Assembly (NCBI RefSeq): GCF_009914755.1 | Contig: NC_060925.1 | Reading direction: 5' to 3' (one strand) | Origin: the human T2T-CHM13v2.0 reference genome, Homo sapiens | DNA length: 64,000 nucleotides | Shown here: piece after piece, positions 62,400 through 64,000 of the stretch | Numbering within the stretch: position 1 is the stretch's first letter | Layout of the letters: the number at the start of each line of letters is the position of its first letter | The notes under the pieces: generated by a model | Told to the model about the DNA's origin: nothing | Databases searched by the model: none | What the model saw: the letters and a program-made list of their open reading frames with translations, nothing else | Position numbers and translations under genes: made by a program

Positions 62400-63810
62400 C
62401 TCAAAGAAAGATGATATTTAAATTAGATTGGCAGAACAGATTTGAAAATTCAGTCCCTTTATGTCTACATAAGAGTTACTTTAGATTCAGACACACAAGT
62501 AGATTGAAAGTAAAAGGATGGAAAAAGATACTCCATGCAAACAATAACCGAAAGAGAGCTAGAGTGGTTATATGAATAATATCCAACAAAATAGACTTCA
62601 AGAAAATTATTTTTTGCCAGAAACAACATACAATAAAACACTCAACCCATCAAGAATACGTACCAATTATATACGTGTGTATATACGTGTACACACATAT
62701 TTCTAACAGAGCCCCAAAATACATAAAGCAAAATTTAAGTGGAGAGAAATAGACAATTCAACAGTAATCATTGTAGATTTCAGTACCCCACTTCCAATGG
62801 CTAGGACACCATGACAGAAGATCAGTAAGGAACTTGAACCACTCTGTAGACCAATTGGATTTAACAGACATATATACAGAACACTCCACTGAACAGCAGA
62901 ATGCATATTTTTCTCAAGTGCACATGAAACATTCTTTGCAAAATTTCAGACCACAAAACATCTCAATAAACTTAAAAATACTGAAATCATACAAAATGTG
63001 TTCTCTTACCACAATGGAATGAAACTATAAATCAATAGAAGGAAAGTGGTATAATTTACTAATAGGTGGAAGTTAAACAATGTACTCCTAAGTAACCAGT
63101 GGATCAAAGATGAAATCACAGGGAAATTAGAAAATACTTGGGGGTGAATGGAAAGAAAAAGTTGATATACAATAGCATATGGGATGCAGTGGAGCTGTGT
63201 TGAGATAGAACTTTATAGCTTTAAATGCCTGCATTTAAAGAAGGTTTCAAATTAATAAGCTAAACTTCAGCCTTAAGAAATTAGAAAAAGAAGGGCAAAG
63301 TAAACCACAAAAGAAGCAGAAGAAAGGTAATAAAGATTTTAGCAGAAATACGAAATACAGAAGAGAAAAACAATTGAGGGCTGGGTGTGGCAGCTCACAC
63401 CTGTAATCCCAGCACTTGGGAGGCCGAGGCCGGTGGATCACCTGAGGTCAGGAGCTCGAGACCAGTCTGGCCAACATGGCGACACCTTGTCTCTACTAAA
63501 AAATACAAAAGTTAGTTGGGTGTGGTGGCATGTGCCTGTATTCCTAGCTACTTGGGAGGCTGAGGCAGGAGAATCTCTTGAACCCAGGAGGCGGAGGTTG
63601 CAGTGAGCCACTGCACTCCAGCCTGGGTGACAGAGCGAGACTCCATCCAAAAATAATAATAATAAATAATTGAGAATAGCAACAAAACCAAAAGTTGACT
63701 CTTCGTGAAGATCAACAAAATTAACCTTTGGCTAAACTGATGAAGAGAAAAAGACTCAAATTACTAAGATAGGAATGAACGAGGGAACGTTACTACCAAC
63801 CATACAGAAG
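62400..63810 (+). mobile_element. Old L1 ORF2 endonuclease-region fragment, interrupted by an Alu (63379-63667)
   Basis: Degenerate RLKVKGWKKILHAN and DQLDLTDIY motifs in the ORF track. Confidence 0.85.
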
Positions 63811-63814
63811 TAAA

Positions 63815-64000
63815 AATGTGCAGTGGTGCGATCTCGGCTCACTGCAACCTCCGCCTTCTGGGTTCAAGCAATCCTCCTGTCTCAGCCTCCCTAGTAGCTG
63901 GGAATACAGGTGCACACCACTACACCCTGCTAGTTTTTGTATTTTTAGTAGAGACGGGGTTTCACCATATTGGTCAGGCTAGTCTCGAGCTCCTGACCTC
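63815..64000 (-). mobile_element. Partial antisense Alu (runs off the window)
   Basis: gcagtggtgcgatctcggctcactgcaacc... Confidence 0.85.

Overview
Human (primate) genomic DNA, very rich in Alu, L1, L2, MIR and LTR repeats. It contains the complete TSNAX gene (TRAX, the catalytic subunit of the translin/TRAX C3PO RNase) on the + strand. Six coding exons (24045-24060, 24489-24593, 32406-32520, 37678-37808, 56329-56456, 59728-60105) total 873 nt, giving 290 aa plus stop, with all introns GT-AG and a poly(A) signal at 61699. TSNAX starts from a CpG-island promoter with bidirectional-promoter motifs. The most interesting reading is on the - strand. From the same promoter, a chain of good splice sites builds a divergent transcript: exon 1, a 27-nt microexon, a 78-nt exon and alternative last exons. 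Its exons all join in phase 2 and keep one small ORF (57-89 aa) open, which the six-frame track cannot show. Second, TSNAX exons 3+4 are bracketed by inverted Alus and would form a 246-nt circle with a stop-free ORF, while the reciprocal exon2-exon5 junction creates a TGA stop. Third, the terminal-exon acceptor carries a (TG)9/T-rich tract and a competing upstream AG. Repeat subfamily names and boundaries are by eye and approximate.
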